DNA of 64,000 nucleotides, taken from Polyangiales bacterium (GTDB taxonomy: Bacteria; Myxococcota_A; Polyangia; Polyangiales; Polyangiaceae). Shown piece by piece: positions 10,903-21,088 of the stretch. A program made the translations under genes and the position numbers. The stretch spans positions 70,636 through 134,635 of the forward strand of contig JBBRNJ010000012.1 of NCBI GenBank assembly GCA_038230375.1. Reading direction: 5' to 3'. Within the stretch, counting starts at the first letter, position 1, and each line of letters starts with the position of its first letter. The notes beneath the pieces were generated by a model, which was not told where the DNA came from, made no database searches, and was given only the letters and a program-made list of their open reading frames with translations.

Positions 10903-12516
10903 TCAGCCTGGGTCGAGCGTCACGTTGAGCGTCACTATGCCGCCCTCTCCGCCGGGCTTCCAGCCCTTTGCGGCTGCGTCGCGGAAGGCGTTGCCCACGC
11001 AGTCGACGATTCCGTCCTCGGCCACGTTGCTCACGTTCCGTTGCGCAATGGAGATCTCGCCGGACTCCTGGATGAAGAGATCGATGAGCGCTACCTCGTG
11101 CTTCGTGACGCCACATCTCTGCGCCGCGGGCGTTGCATGGGACGTGAGCGTGGCAAGCGCAGCGGGCGTGACACGGCCTACGATCTTGGGAGGACCGAAG
11201 GAGACGCGGGTGCGGTGAAAGGTCGAGGTCGGGGTCGAGGTCGAGGTCGGGGTCGGGGTCGGGGTCGGGGTCGAGGTCGTGTCCGTTGCGTTTGCTCCGT
11301 CCCTCATCTTCAGCACCATGAACGCCGTTGCGGCCACGAGTACCAGCAGGCCCGCGCCTCCTGCCATGCCGAATACCCACCCCATCCACGACGCGGCTGG
11401 CGCGGCGATCGACACGCCCACTGGCGGTGCTGCGCGGCCCGTGGAGGTGTCGAGCGCCATCGCGCGCGGCATTGGCGACATCATCGGCGGGGGCATTGGC
11501 GTGAGCAGCGGGCCCGACATCACCGGTTGAATCGCGTACGGCATGGCTGCTGGGATGGTCGGCGACATCGCGGACGGATGTCCGGACATTGGCCGGGGCA
11601 TTCCGCTGAGGTGCGTTGCGAGTGTCATGGCCGCGGAACCCGAGCTGGCTGCTCCGAGCGCGACGGCGAACGAGAGCGCGTCTGGCCATCTGGCGTCTCG
11701 ATCGCGTGCGAGGCCGCGATCGATCACGTCGCCGAGATGGGGCGGAACGTGCGGCGCCAGCGACGCAAGCGGCGGGGCGCGCTGGGTGCGCACCATCACC
11801 ACGAGATCCTCGTACGTCTGCGCTTCGAACGGCAGCCGCCCCGAGAGCACGTAGAAGAGCGTGGCCGCGACACCGTAGACGTCCGCGCGCAGATCGGCGC
11901 CTGCGGCGTTGCCGAACAGCTCCGGAGCCATGAAGCCCGGCGTTCCCATCGATGAGCCGGGCAGTGTCATCGAGCCCATGCTCGGGACCTTGCTGATCCC
12001 GAAGTCGAGGAGCCTCACGAAGTCCTTGCCCTCCCGCGGCGACACCAGCACGTTCGACGGCTTGATGTCGCGATGCACGATGCCCTGCGCGTGCACCGCC
12101 GCGAGCCCCTCGAGCATCTGCTGCGCCAGATCCACTGCGCGCGCCGGCAGGAGCAGCCCCTGCTCGACCAGCTGCTGCAGGCTTTCGCCGTGCTCCAGCT
12201 CCATCACGACAAACCCCTCGGTCGAGTCGGCGATGCCCGCATCCAGGACGCGCACGACGTGAGGATGGCGCACTGCGGACATCGCGCGGGCCTCGCCGAC
12301 CAGACGCGCCGTGTCCACGGACTGCCCCTCGGAGGTTGGGCGAAGCACCTTCACCGCGACGCTGTCGCCGGTCATGGTGTGGCTTGCGCGGTAGACGGCG
12401 CCGAACGTCCCGCTGCCCAGGACCTCGAGCAGGTCGTAGCGGTCCAGGCGCCGAGGCAACGGGCGTGGACACGCCGCCTCTGCATGCACCATTCCGCATG
12501 AACGACACGCCGCCAT
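10903..12516 (-). CDS. Hanks-type Ser/Thr kinase with TM segment and TonB-C/AgmX-like C-terminus
   Basis: LGSGTFGAVY, VAVK, HRDIKPSN, DFGISK, GTPGFMAPE; TM helix; (PT/ST)n linker. Confidence 0.93.
   Translation of the reverse strand: MAACRSCGMVHAEAACPRPLPRRLDRYDLLEVLGSGTFGAVYRASHTMTGDSVAVKVLRPTSEGQSVDTARLVGEARAMSAVRHPHVVRVLDAGIADSTEGFVVMELEHGESLQQLVEQGLLLPARAVDLAQQMLEGLAAVHAQGIVHRDIKPSNVLVSPREGKDFVRLLDFGISKVPSMGSMTLPGSSMGTPGFMAPELFGNAAGADLRADVYGVAATLFYVLSGRLPFEAQTYEDLVVMVRTQRAPPLASLAPHVPPHLGDVIDRGLARDRDARWPDALSFAVALGAASSGSAAMTLATHLSGMPRPMSGHPSAMSPTIPAAMPYAIQPVMSGPLLTPMPPPMMSPMPRAMALDTSTGRAAPPVGVSIAAPAASWMGWVFGMAGGAGLLVLVAATAFMVLKMRDGANATDTTSTPTPTPTPTSTSTPTSTFHRTRVSFGPPKIVGRVTPAALATLTSHATPAAQRCGVTKHEVALIDLFIQESGEISIAQRNVSNVAEDGIVDCVGNAFRDAAAKGWKPGGEGGIVTLNVTLDPG
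11221..11279. repeat. Hexamer tandem repeat (GGTCGR)n encoding the Thr/Pro/Ser linker
   Basis: ggtcgaggtcggggtcgagg... about 10 units. Confidence 0.9.
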
Positions 12517-12586
12517 CGGACACGGAGCTTACACCCGTGAACGAGGCGGCGTGGAGTGGTTCGTGGGGCCGTCTCTGGTGCTTGCC

Positions 12587-12991
12587 TCAGAGGACGAAGA
12601 ACGCGACGGACACGGCGATCTCGACGACGCCGAGCACGGCCTGGAACGGCGCGATCTTGGTGCGAAGCGCAGCGCCCTTCTGCAGCGCGATCTCGCTCTT
12701 GCCGAGCGCGTACTTGCTGATGAGCCCGAAGCCAAGGAGCAGACCGAGCAGGAAGTCCGTCGCCGCCATCGCAATCCAGAACACGAAGTGGACCGGCGCA
12801 CTGGTGAGCATCCCGATGTTCATCACCGCGGAGATGAGCTCCCACACGCCCCAGCCGAAGAGGCACATGCCCACCCAACCCGTGTAGGGGGCGAGCTTGC
12901 CGAGCAGGTCCTTCGCGTCGGGCCGGCGAGAGATGATGGCGGGCGAGAGCGCGATGAGACCTGCGATGATACCGATGGCGAGAGCGATCAT
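12587..12991 (-). CDS. Small multi-TM membrane protein
   Basis: 134 aa with about four hydrophobic segments. Confidence 0.75.
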   Translation of the reverse strand: MIALAIGIIAGLIALSPAIISRRPDAKDLLGKLAPYTGWVGMCLFGWGVWELISAVMNIGMLTSAPVHFVFWIAMAATDFLLGLLLGFGLISKYALGKSEIALQKGAALRTKIAPFQAVLGVVEIAVSVAFFVL

Positions 12992-13179
12992 AGGGAGTCC
13001 TCCGAACGGTTGTGAACATGTCGCCGAGCCCGACGGGCGAAGCGCTTGTGAAAGGAGGTACTCGCAAGCGACGGGCCAGCACGGATCAGGCTGTTTTTCC
13101 CGTTGATCGCACCAAAACGCACACTGGTCGGCGGCAACGGGTTGCAGGATTCGGCAAGGCGTCGCACCCTGGCCTCCCC

Positions 13180-14916
13180 ATGAGCGACGAGACCCACCGC
13201 CGAGCCCCCACCTCGGTCCGCTCCCCCGAGCAGTCGCTCCTCTTCTACCATCGCGAAGGGACCAAGGCCGTTCCGTTCCCGCCCGGCACCGAGGTCACTG
13301 CGGGAAGATCGTGGCCCGCGGATGCGGTCGTGGACGACGCGAGCCTGTCGCGAAAACATGCGCGCTTCGCGTGGACCGCGGATGGCGTCACCGTGGAGGA
13401 TCTCGACTCCACCAACGGCACGTGGGTGAACGGCAAGCGTGTGAAGACCGAGCGCATCGGCCCTGGCGATCTGATCAGGCTCGGCGACGTGACCGTGTCG
13501 CTCCACGTCGTGCCGGCGCGCGCGGTCGCTGGCATCGACGGCAACGATCGCTTCGGCGTGCTGCTGGAAGAAGAGGTCCGTCGCGGGCGCACATTCTCGC
13601 GTCCGCTCTCGCTGCTGATGGTGCGACACGTCCGCGGCGCGCACGTGAGCCAGTGGACGCCGCAGATGACCGCGCAGCTCCGGCCCGTGGATCACGTGGG
13701 CCTCTACTCGCCGGACACCGTGAGCATCCTGCTCCCGGAGGTGGGCCGCGCGCAGGCGCTGGAGCTCGCGCGTGCGTTCGCATCCGCGGATCCGCAGCTC
13801 CGCGTCGGCGTCACGGTGTTCCCGGAGGACGCGGGCTCTGCCGAGGAGCTCGTGAGCGTGGTTCGCTCCGTGCTCGCACACGCAACAGACGCCGCGCACG
13901 TCAAGTCGCGAGATGAGGAGGCGCAGCCAACAAGCGGTCGCGCGCTCAGCGTCTACGGCGAGAAGATGCGCGCCGTCGTGGACGATCTCCAGCGCGTCGC
14001 CGGCTCGCAGCTGCCGGTGCTGGTGATGGGTGAGACCGGCACCGGCAAGGAGCTCGTCGCACGCGCCATTCACGAGGCAAGCCCGCGCCGCGCTCAGCCC
14101 ATGCGCTCCATCAACTGCGCCGCGATCCCGGCAACGCTCGTGGAAGGCATCCTGTTCGGCCACGAGAAGGGCGCGTTCACGAGCGCCGAGCGCACCACGA
14201 AGGGCATCTTCGAGCAGGCGAACAAGAGCACCGTGCTCCTGGACGAGATCGGCGAGCTCTCGCTGCCCGCGCAGGCGGCGCTGCTCCGAGTGCTGGAGAG
14301 CAAGAAGGTCACGCGCATCGGCGGCGACCGCGAGATCGACGTGGACGTGCGCCTGGTCGCGGCCACGCACCGCGATCTCGAGGCCATGACGGAGGCCGGG
14401 CAGTTCCGCCTCGATCTCCTCTACCGTCTGAACGCAGTCACGCTCTCGTTGCCGCCACTGCGCGAGCGCCCCGAGGAGATAGAGCCACTCGCGCGCGAGC
14501 TCGTCACGGAGGCGAACCGCCAGAACGGGCGCAACGTGAGCGCGGTGGACCCCGACGTGTGGAAGCTGTTCGCGCGCTATGCGTGGCCCGGCAACGTGCG
14601 CGAGCTCCGCAACGTGATCGAGCGCGCCGTCGTCATCGCCCGCGGCGACGTGCTGGTCGCTGCCGATCTACCCGAGCGAATTCGCGGTCAGGCAGTCTCG
14701 CGCGAGTCCGTTGCACCGCCCCAGCTGGACGTATCCGGCGGCGATTTCAAGGAGCGCGTGCAGAAGCAGATGGCGCGCTACGAGACCGACCTCATCGTGT
14801 CCGCACTGCAGCAGAGCGCCGGTAACCAGACCGAGGCCGCGCGCCTCCTCCAGATCCCGGTCCGCACGCTCGCCCACAAGATGCAGACGCTCGGCATCAA
14901 GAAAAAATTCGAATAG
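13180..14916 (+). CDS. Sigma54 enhancer-binding protein with FHA and degenerate GGDEF domains
   Basis: FHA GR...SRKHA...STNGT; GGDEF-like EEEVRRGRTFSRPLSLLM...RPVDHVGLYSPDTV; AAA+ GETGTGKE, GAFTSA, WPGNVREL; HTH. Confidence 0.9.
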   Translation: MSDETHRRAPTSVRSPEQSLLFYHREGTKAVPFPPGTEVTAGRSWPADAVVDDASLSRKHARFAWTADGVTVEDLDSTNGTWVNGKRVKTERIGPGDLIRLGDVTVSLHVVPARAVAGIDGNDRFGVLLEEEVRRGRTFSRPLSLLMVRHVRGAHVSQWTPQMTAQLRPVDHVGLYSPDTVSILLPEVGRAQALELARAFASADPQLRVGVTVFPEDAGSAEELVSVVRSVLAHATDAAHVKSRDEEAQPTSGRALSVYGEKMRAVVDDLQRVAGSQLPVLVMGETGTGKELVARAIHEASPRRAQPMRSINCAAIPATLVEGILFGHEKGAFTSAERTTKGIFEQANKSTVLLDEIGELSLPAQAALLRVLESKKVTRIGGDREIDVDVRLVAATHRDLEAMTEAGQFRLDLLYRLNAVTLSLPPLRERPEEIEPLARELVTEANRQNGRNVSAVDPDVWKLFARYAWPGNVRELRNVIERAVVIARGDVLVAADLPERIRGQAVSRESVAPPQLDVSGGDFKERVQKQMARYETDLIVSALQQSAGNQTEAARLLQIPVRTLAHKMQTLGIKKKFE

Positions 14917-14931
14917 CCGCGCTCCTGCACA

Positions 14932-16257
14932 TCAGTACGCGCCGATGAGGATCGGGAAGAAGTGCTGCGGCCCGGTCTTGCGTGAGGCGATGAGCGTGAT
15001 GAGGACCTGGTTGCCCTTCGCAGGCGCAGACGTCACGTTCACCTTCACCTTGGCGATCGTGCCGTTGTTGCCCGAGGGCGTGTCGATCGACGCCGTGGCA
15101 TGCGGAGTGGTCGGCACGGTGAACCCGTCGCCCACGAACACGTCCACGTTCCAGTCCTCTGTCGTCGCGTCGCTGTAGTAGCCCACCGCGAACTCCTTCG
15201 ACGCGCCCACGGCGATGCGGAAGCCCTTCGTCGTGTGCATGAGGCCTGTCGTGCCCGTGGTCGTGATCATCTCCTGCGCAAGCGGCGTCACGTTGAAGTA
15301 CGGCTCCGCTGGCGCGGGCACGCACGGGTTGTGGCCAGCCTTTGCCGACTTGTTCGACCAGAGTCGCTGCACGAACCCGCCGACCGCAGAATCGTTGTAG
15401 TATACATCTTCATAGAACTCGCACGCATCGCCGTCCTCGTCCTGGCGCTGCTGGAAGAGCTCCCATGCGTAGTGGTCGGCGTCGAAGCCGGTCCACGCGA
15501 GGTCGGAGTTGGTGTGCGGGTCCGTGGCTGCCTCCGCGATCTCGTGCGTGGCCGTCTCCGTGGCCTCCTCGACCGCACTCTTCGAAGGGTCATGGCACTT
15601 CGACGCGATGAGCCCGTAGACGACATGCGTGTTGGCGCCCACGGTTGTCTCCGTGTGGTAGCCGTTGTTGCTCGGGCAGTCGTCCGCCTTGTTGTTGAGC
15701 AGCGCGGTCGCCTCTGGCAGGTAGAGCATGTACATCGTGTTGGCGTCCGCCACGGGCCAGCCGTTGCCCGGCGCACCGGTGACGCCCTTCACGATGAACG
15801 CGTCGACCTCGTCGTTGTTGGAGCCGTCATCCATGGACACGGGCGGCGCTCCGGCGATCTCGACGTGTCCGCCGCTGCTCGCCACGCCCACGCCGTACTC
15901 GGAGACGGATGTGGTCCAGTACGCGGACCCACCGATGTTGTCGCCAAGGGTCTCGTACGTCTTGTAGTTGGGATCCTGCGTCCACACGATGGTGACGATC
16001 TTCGGCGCCTTCACCACGGCACCGCCCTTGGTCTTCAAGAGGCCGATGTCCGGAGTGAACGCGGGTCCGGTGCCCGTGCCGCCCTCCATGCCGCCGCCGT
16101 CGTCCGCAGGTGAGGTCCCACCATCCGCTCCCGGGTGGCCGCCACCGTCGTTAGTTGGCTGGCCCGTGTCGTTCCTGACGCCCTCGGGTGCCGAGCCACA
16201 CGCGGCGAACGACACGAGGACGAGCGACAGCCCGGCCGCCGACAAGAGGAAGCGCAT
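14932..16257 (-). CDS. Lipoprotein with Phi-1/EXORDIUM-like HEIAEAATDP motif
   Basis: Lipobox FAAC; NGYH, THEIAEAATDP, EDGDAC, VQRLWSN. Confidence 0.6.
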   Translation of the reverse strand: MRFLLSAAGLSLVLVSFAACGSAPEGVRNDTGQPTNDGGGHPGADGGTSPADDGGGMEGGTGTGPAFTPDIGLLKTKGGAVVKAPKIVTIVWTQDPNYKTYETLGDNIGGSAYWTTSVSEYGVGVASSGGHVEIAGAPPVSMDDGSNNDEVDAFIVKGVTGAPGNGWPVADANTMYMLYLPEATALLNNKADDCPSNNGYHTETTVGANTHVVYGLIASKCHDPSKSAVEEATETATHEIAEAATDPHTNSDLAWTGFDADHYAWELFQQRQDEDGDACEFYEDVYYNDSAVGGFVQRLWSNKSAKAGHNPCVPAPAEPYFNVTPLAQEMITTTGTTGLMHTTKGFRIAVGASKEFAVGYYSDATTEDWNVDVFVGDGFTVPTTPHATASIDTPSGNNGTIAKVKVNVTSAPAKGNQVLITLIASRKTGPQHFFPILIGAY

Positions 16258-16290
16258 CTCCAGATGATAGCGCACGACGTGCGCTCGCGC

Positions 16291-17697
16291 TCAAGGGGCG
16301 AGCGCTTCGCGGGTCCACGACTCTGCCTTGGCGCAACGCCCTGCGGACGACCATGTGGTCAGCGTTCGTCGCGCCGGGCCAGCCGACACCGCGAGATCGT
16401 CGCCCGAGAAGCGCACCGCGAGCGGCCCCGTGTCCTTCCGCTCGAAGCAGACGAAGTCCGTACGCTTGATGGCCGGTTTGCCGAGCTTGTCGGTCAGACC
16501 AGCGACGAGCGTCTCGAAGAGCTTGTTCACGGGGCGCGCGCCCTGGTCGTAGCGGACGTGTGTCATGGACGCGACCTCGTCCCCGCGGATGTAGAGCGCG
16601 CCGCGGTCGCCGCCCCAGCCGGTCGCGATGTCCGCCGCGTCCCGTCGTGACACCCACTCCTCGTATGCCGTGCGCAGCCCGAGCTCACCGCTCGTGTCCT
16701 CCTGATCGAGCACGAAGCCCGCTCCAAGCGCCGCAGCCGTGGGCACCTTCACGGTGAGCGGTGCCTCGTGGGCACGCCATTTTTCGATGTGCATCACCTG
16801 CTCCGTGGTGGTCGGCGGATCACGCCACGCGGAGTCCACCATCGTGAATCCGCCCATTCGCCGCAGCGCGTGCACGAACTTGATGCCCTCCACGTAAGGC
16901 ACAACCAGCGACGTGCGCATCGCCTTCGGCACCTTGCGCGAAGCCCCCACGTTCATGCTCGCGCGCATCTGATCATCGTAGTCGTCGTCGGACTGATCGA
17001 GCGCGGTCATCTTCATGCGCCGCAGGATCACGTCCGTCATCACCGAGGTCGCGTCGCCTTCGGCCAGGCACGCGAGCGCGGTCTGTTTGTCGCTCTCGCC
17101 GGGCTTGTAGTCGGAGCGCGACTTGAGGTCCCAGTATTGATCCTGCAGCGCGTGCACGAGCTCGTGGGCGAGCGTGGCTGTGGAGTTCATCTCGTCCATG
17201 TCGCCGGCGATGTACATCGTGCCGTCCTTCGGCTCGTAGAACCCTGCGAGCTGCGCCTCGAGCAGCTTCATGGTCTCGTCCAGGTAGTCCATCTCGGGCG
17301 GGATGAAGCCATGGAGCTTCATCACGTCGCCCTCGCGGCGGATCGCCTCGGGAGGGATCTCGCGCTCCACCTTGCTGCGGATCTTCGCGATGAGATCCTT
17401 GCGTCCGAGCTCGACGCCAGGAACGGGCTTCTTGGGCTTGAGGCCACGCACCACCGCGAGCTTCTTCAGCATCGCGCGAATGTCGGGGTCGTCGCTCTCC
17501 ACGAGGTCACCCGCGCCACCGTCCTTTGCCGGGTCCGCACTCGCCTGCGCGCCGGCATCGCTCGACGTTCGGGGCGCCACGATGGGAACCATCTCCACGG
17601 GTCTGGCCGGTGCAGCGCCACCACCGCCACAGGCTGCGACAGCCACCGCGAGCGCGCCGAGCACGAGCCCGAGCGCGGACGCGCGCAGACGCATCAC
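16291..17697 (-). CDS. Lipoprotein, putative zinc metallopeptidase
   Basis: Lipobox [23 protein letters not shown] (HExxH), [15 protein letters not shown]. Confidence 0.75.
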   Translation of the reverse strand: MMRLRASALGLVLGALAVAVAACGGGGAAPARPVEMVPIVAPRTSSDAGAQASADPAKDGGAGDLVESDDPDIRAMLKKLAVVRGLKPKKPVPGVELGRKDLIAKIRSKVEREIPPEAIRREGDVMKLHGFIPPEMDYLDETMKLLEAQLAGFYEPKDGTMYIAGDMDEMNSTATLAHELVHALQDQYWDLKSRSDYKPGESDKQTALACLAEGDATSVMTDVILRRMKMTALDQSDDDYDDQMRASMNVGASRKVPKAMRTSLVVPYVEGIKFVHALRRMGGFTMVDSAWRDPPTTTEQVMHIEKWRAHEAPLTVKVPTAAALGAGFVLDQEDTSGELGLRTAYEEWVSRRDAADIATGWGGDRGALYIRGDEVASMTHVRYDQGARPVNKLFETLVAGLTDKLGKPAIKRTDFVCFERKDTGPLAVRFSGDDLAVSAGPARRTLTTWSSAGRCAKAESWTREALAP

Positions 17698-18368
17698 GGA
17701 GCCCCCGAGGCCGTGCGAAGCTTGCCGATCGCCGCCGCGTAGTCCGGTTGCGCGAACACGGCGTTGCCCGCGACGAACACGCGCGCGCCCGCCGCGTACG
17801 CCGCGCCGATCGTCTCGGGCGTGATGCCTCCGTCGATCTCGAGGTCGGTGGCGAGCTTCGCGTCGTCGATCATGGTCCGCAGGCCGCGCACCTTCGGCAA
17901 CACCTCCGAGATGAACGACTGGCCACCGAACCCCGGATTCACGCTCATCACGAGCACCAGGTCACACAGGTGAAGGACGTACTTCAGCGAGTCCTCGGAC
18001 GTGGACGGGTTCAGCGACACGCCTGCGCGCTTTCCGAGCGAGCGGATGTGGGACAGCACGCGGTGCAGATGCACCGTCGCCTCCACGTGCACGGTGATGG
18101 TGTCGGCGCCTGCGGCCGCGAAGTCCGCCACGTAGCGCTCCGGCTCGACGATCATGAGGTGCACGTCGAGCGGCAGCTTGGTGGTCTTGCGCAGCGCCTT
18201 CACCACGGGCGGTCCGATCGTCAGGTTGGGAACGAAGCGGCCGTCCATCACGTCAACGTGGATCCAGTCTGCCCCGGCTCGCTCCACCGCGGCCACCTCC
18301 TCGCCCAGCCGTGCAAAATCGGCAGAGAGGATGCTTGGGGCGATGCGGGCGTGATTGGCAGAGGTCAT
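17694..18368 (-). CDS. rpe: Ribulose-phosphate 3-epimerase
   Basis: [41 protein letters not shown]. Confidence 0.97.
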   Translation of the reverse strand: MTSANHARIAPSILSADFARLGEEVAAVERAGADWIHVDVMDGRFVPNLTIGPPVVKALRKTTKLPLDVHLMIVEPERYVADFAAAGADTITVHVEATVHLHRVLSHIRSLGKRAGVSLNPSTSEDSLKYVLHLCDLVLVMSVNPGFGGQSFISEVLPKVRGLRTMIDDAKLATDLEIDGGITPETIGAAYAAGARVFVAGNAVFAQPDYAAAIGKLRTASGAP

Positions 18369-18445
18369 GCGCAGGTCCTGGTTCTCGGGTGCGGCATCAA
18401 GATTTCCTCGACACCGGCTTTCCGCTTGGGACTATAAACGAACGA

Positions 18446-18889
18446 ATGCAGACGCGCCCGATCACGAAGCGCGACTTCGACACAGTGGTCGAGGTCATCG
18501 ACCGTTGGTGGGGCGGGCCCATCAGCACGTTCGCGCATCCGATCTTCTTCTACGAGCTCGGCGACGCAGGCCTGGTCGTGGAGAGTGACGACGGCGAGAT
18601 CATCGGGTTCCTTCTGGGATTCGTCGCTCAGCAGCCGTCCCGTGCGGGCTACGTTCACCTTGTCGGGATTCACCCGGATCATCGGCGCCGCGGCGTCGGC
18701 CGCCTCCTGTACGCGTCCTTCACGGAGCGTTGCCAGGGGATGGAGTGTGAGCGCATGAAGGCAATCACCACCATCGGCAACGAAGGCTCCATCCGCTTTC
18801 ATCTCGCGCTGGGTTGGGCGGCACAGGAAGTGGACGATTACGCCGGCCCCGGTCGAAAGCGAGTCGTGTTCACGAAGGCCCTGCGCTAA
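18446..18889 (+). CDS. GNAT family N-acetyltransferase
   Basis: YVHLVGIHPDHRRRGVGRLLY; NEGSIRFH. Confidence 0.9.
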   Translation: MQTRPITKRDFDTVVEVIDRWWGGPISTFAHPIFFYELGDAGLVVESDDGEIIGFLLGFVAQQPSRAGYVHLVGIHPDHRRRGVGRLLYASFTERCQGMECERMKAITTIGNEGSIRFHLALGWAAQEVDDYAGPGRKRVVFTKALR

Positions 18890-18935
18890 CCTTCGCTCTC
18901 GGAAGGGCCGCGAGGCCCGGAAGGGCGCACGTCGC

Positions 18936-19796
18936 ATGTCTCCCGCCAGACAGATTGTGATCGCAGCATGCACGTCGGCGCTGGCCTTCGGGCTCATCGC
19001 TTGCGCCACCGCAGATGGCTCCGTCGGCGATGTGAGCGACAGCGGGACCGACTCGAGCACCGTCAACACCACACCCGACGCCGGCACGAAGCCTCTGAAG
19101 GACTCCGGCTCCGGCGGTGGCGACACTGACTCCGGAGTTGTCGTCGATCCCGACGCGTCCACCTGCGTCAAGGCAGGGCCCAGCAACAAGTGCGGCGTGG
19201 CCCCTCAATGCGGCTGCGCCCCCACCGAGACCTGCGACGTGCTGGACAACAGTGGCAACGTCAACTGCATCTCTGCCGGCACTGCTGCTGCGGGGAAGTC
19301 ATGCACGTCCACCGCGGGCTGCGGGCTCGGCACCACGTGCTTCGGGGGCGCTTGCAAGCCGTTCTGTCCTGCCGGTGTATCCACCGATGGCGGCGCTGCT
19401 GGTGCATGCGGCATCGTTGGTACCAGCACCTGCTCGCAGGTCCTGAACGGCAACACGCCCATCCCCAACCTCAAGGTCTGTCGCATCGCGTGCGATCTCA
19501 CGAACCCCACCACGTGCGATCAACCGAATGCGATCGCGGGGCACGTGGTTGGCTGCGACCTGGACTCCACGAACCAACCTGATTGCTACGAGATGGGCAC
19601 CAGCACGACCACGTGCGGGGGCAGCACAAGGTGCGCGCCGGCATACGTATGCGTCACGCTCGCCAACGACGCTGGCGATTCGTGCAAGAAATGGTGCAAG
19701 GTCGGCAAGGCGTCCGCGACGTGCGGCGGCGCTGATTGCCCGAGCTTCGCCACCAAGCTTCTCGTCAACGGAGTCGAATACGGCGCCTGCCCCTGA
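18936..19796 (+). CDS. Cys-rich lipoprotein
   Basis: Lipobox LIAC; more than 20 Cys; DAG/DSG linker. Confidence 0.8.
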   Translation: MSPARQIVIAACTSALAFGLIACATADGSVGDVSDSGTDSSTVNTTPDAGTKPLKDSGSGGGDTDSGVVVDPDASTCVKAGPSNKCGVAPQCGCAPTETCDVLDNSGNVNCISAGTAAAGKSCTSTAGCGLGTTCFGGACKPFCPAGVSTDGGAAGACGIVGTSTCSQVLNGNTPIPNLKVCRIACDLTNPTTCDQPNAIAGHVVGCDLDSTNQPDCYEMGTSTTTCGGSTRCAPAYVCVTLANDAGDSCKKWCKVGKASATCGGADCPSFATKLLVNGVEYGACP

Positions 19797-19822
19797 GGCG
19801 CCCAGGAACCTTTCAGCCAACC

Positions 19823-20350
19823 ATGCAACCGAACAAACACACCCGCTCCGATCCGCCGCTGTCGTCCTCGGTCCTGCGAGATATCGGCCTGTTTGGCGCG
19901 CTCTCGGACGAGGTGCTCGACCACCTGGCGGGCCAGCTTCGCACCATGCGCGTGGAGCCGGGCGCGTTCATCTTCAAGGAGAAGGAGCCCGCGCGCGAGT
20001 TCTACGTCGTCCTCGATGGCGAGATCGAAGTGCTGAAGCGAAGCCGCAACGGTCGCGAGACACGCATCGCCATCCTCGGCCCCAGTGACTGCTTCGGCGA
20101 GATGTCGATCATCGACATGCAGCCGCGTTCGGCCACGGTGCGCGCGCTCGGGCCGGCGCGACTCATCCGCGTGTCCACGGAGGACATGGATGGCCTCTAC
20201 CGGCACGACCTGAAGTCCTACACGCTCATCGTGCTCAACATTGCGCGCGACCTCTCACGGCGCCTGCGCGTGACCGACGGTCTGCTCGCCGACTTCACCG
20301 CGACCGTGCTGGACGAGTACGTCACCGGCAGCCGCAAGAAGCCAGAATAA
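19823..20350 (+). CDS. Cyclic nucleotide-binding domain protein (no HTH)
   Basis: IFKEKEPAREFYVVLDGEIEV, FGEMSIIDMQPRSATV. Confidence 0.88.
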   Translation: MQPNKHTRSDPPLSSSVLRDIGLFGALSDEVLDHLAGQLRTMRVEPGAFIFKEKEPAREFYVVLDGEIEVLKRSRNGRETRIAILGPSDCFGEMSIIDMQPRSATVRALGPARLIRVSTEDMDGLYRHDLKSYTLIVLNIARDLSRRLRVTDGLLADFTATVLDEYVTGSRKKPE

Positions 20351-20367
20351 CTAGCTAGGAGGTCGGC

Positions 20368-20682
20368 CTAGTCGGATGCGTCGTCTGCGGCGTCGGTGCT
20401 GGCATCGCTGCTCGCGTCGGTGCCCTTGACGCCGCCGTCACCGCTATCGCCACCGCCACCGCCGCCGGTGTTGCCCGCATCCGCGTCTGCACTGGGGACG
20501 GCGCCTGCGGCGTCGCCTGAGCCGCTCTGATTGTCGAACGAGCCGCTGTCAACATTGGGGCTGGCGTCGAACGTGTCCGGAGGCAGGGGCTGCGGGTTGA
20601 TCGCGCATGCGGCAGCGAGCCCGATCGCGAGCGAGCACCCCGCGATTGAGATGAGCAACGCCGACGAGGTCTTCCACATCAT
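20368..20682 (-). CDS. Small lipoprotein with INPQPLPP motif
   Basis: AAAC-AINPQPLPP followed by an Asp/Gly/Ala tail. Confidence 0.7.
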   Translation of the reverse strand: MMWKTSSALLISIAGCSLAIGLAAACAINPQPLPPDTFDASPNVDSGSFDNQSGSGDAAGAVPSADADAGNTGGGGGGDSGDGGVKGTDASSDASTDAADDASD

Positions 20683-20963
20683 GACGAGTCTCCCTTGCCG
20701 GCGTCGCCGCCGTCCACGCCACCCTCGGCACCACCTTCTGCGCCGAGGCCCGCGGCACCCGTCGTGTCGCCCCCGTTCTTGTCCGAGCCACCGCCACCGA
20801 AGCCACCACCACCCGGGTCCGGATTCTGCGGCGAGGGATCAGGCCCCGGAGGCAGCGGCTGCGGGTTGATGGTGCAGCCAGCGAAGCACGCGCACGCCAC
20901 CACGACTGCTCCCACGAGGGAGAGCAGCCCGATGCGAAGGGCACTGATACGGCTGGATTGCAT
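20679..20963 (-). CDS. Small lipoprotein with INPQPLPP motif
   Basis: FAGC-TINPQPLPP followed by a Gly-rich tail; stop overlaps the next start. Confidence 0.7.
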   Translation of the reverse strand: MQSSRISALRIGLLSLVGAVVVACACFAGCTINPQPLPPGPDPSPQNPDPGGGGFGGGGSDKNGGDTTGAAGLGAEGGAEGGVDGGDAGKGDSS

Positions 20964-21088
20964 GACTCGACCGTAGAGGATGGAAGCATCCTGGATGCCA
21001 TCTGGCAAATCAGCTAAAAAGGGGAAGTTCCAGGGATGGCCCCACAGGTGGCGGCACAGTCTGGCACGATTTCGAGCACTTTGTAGTC

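Noticed and set aside
21062..21078. Sigma54 promoter TGGCACG upstream of the ABC ATPase
   Set aside because: GG-to-GC spacing is 11 rather than the required 10.
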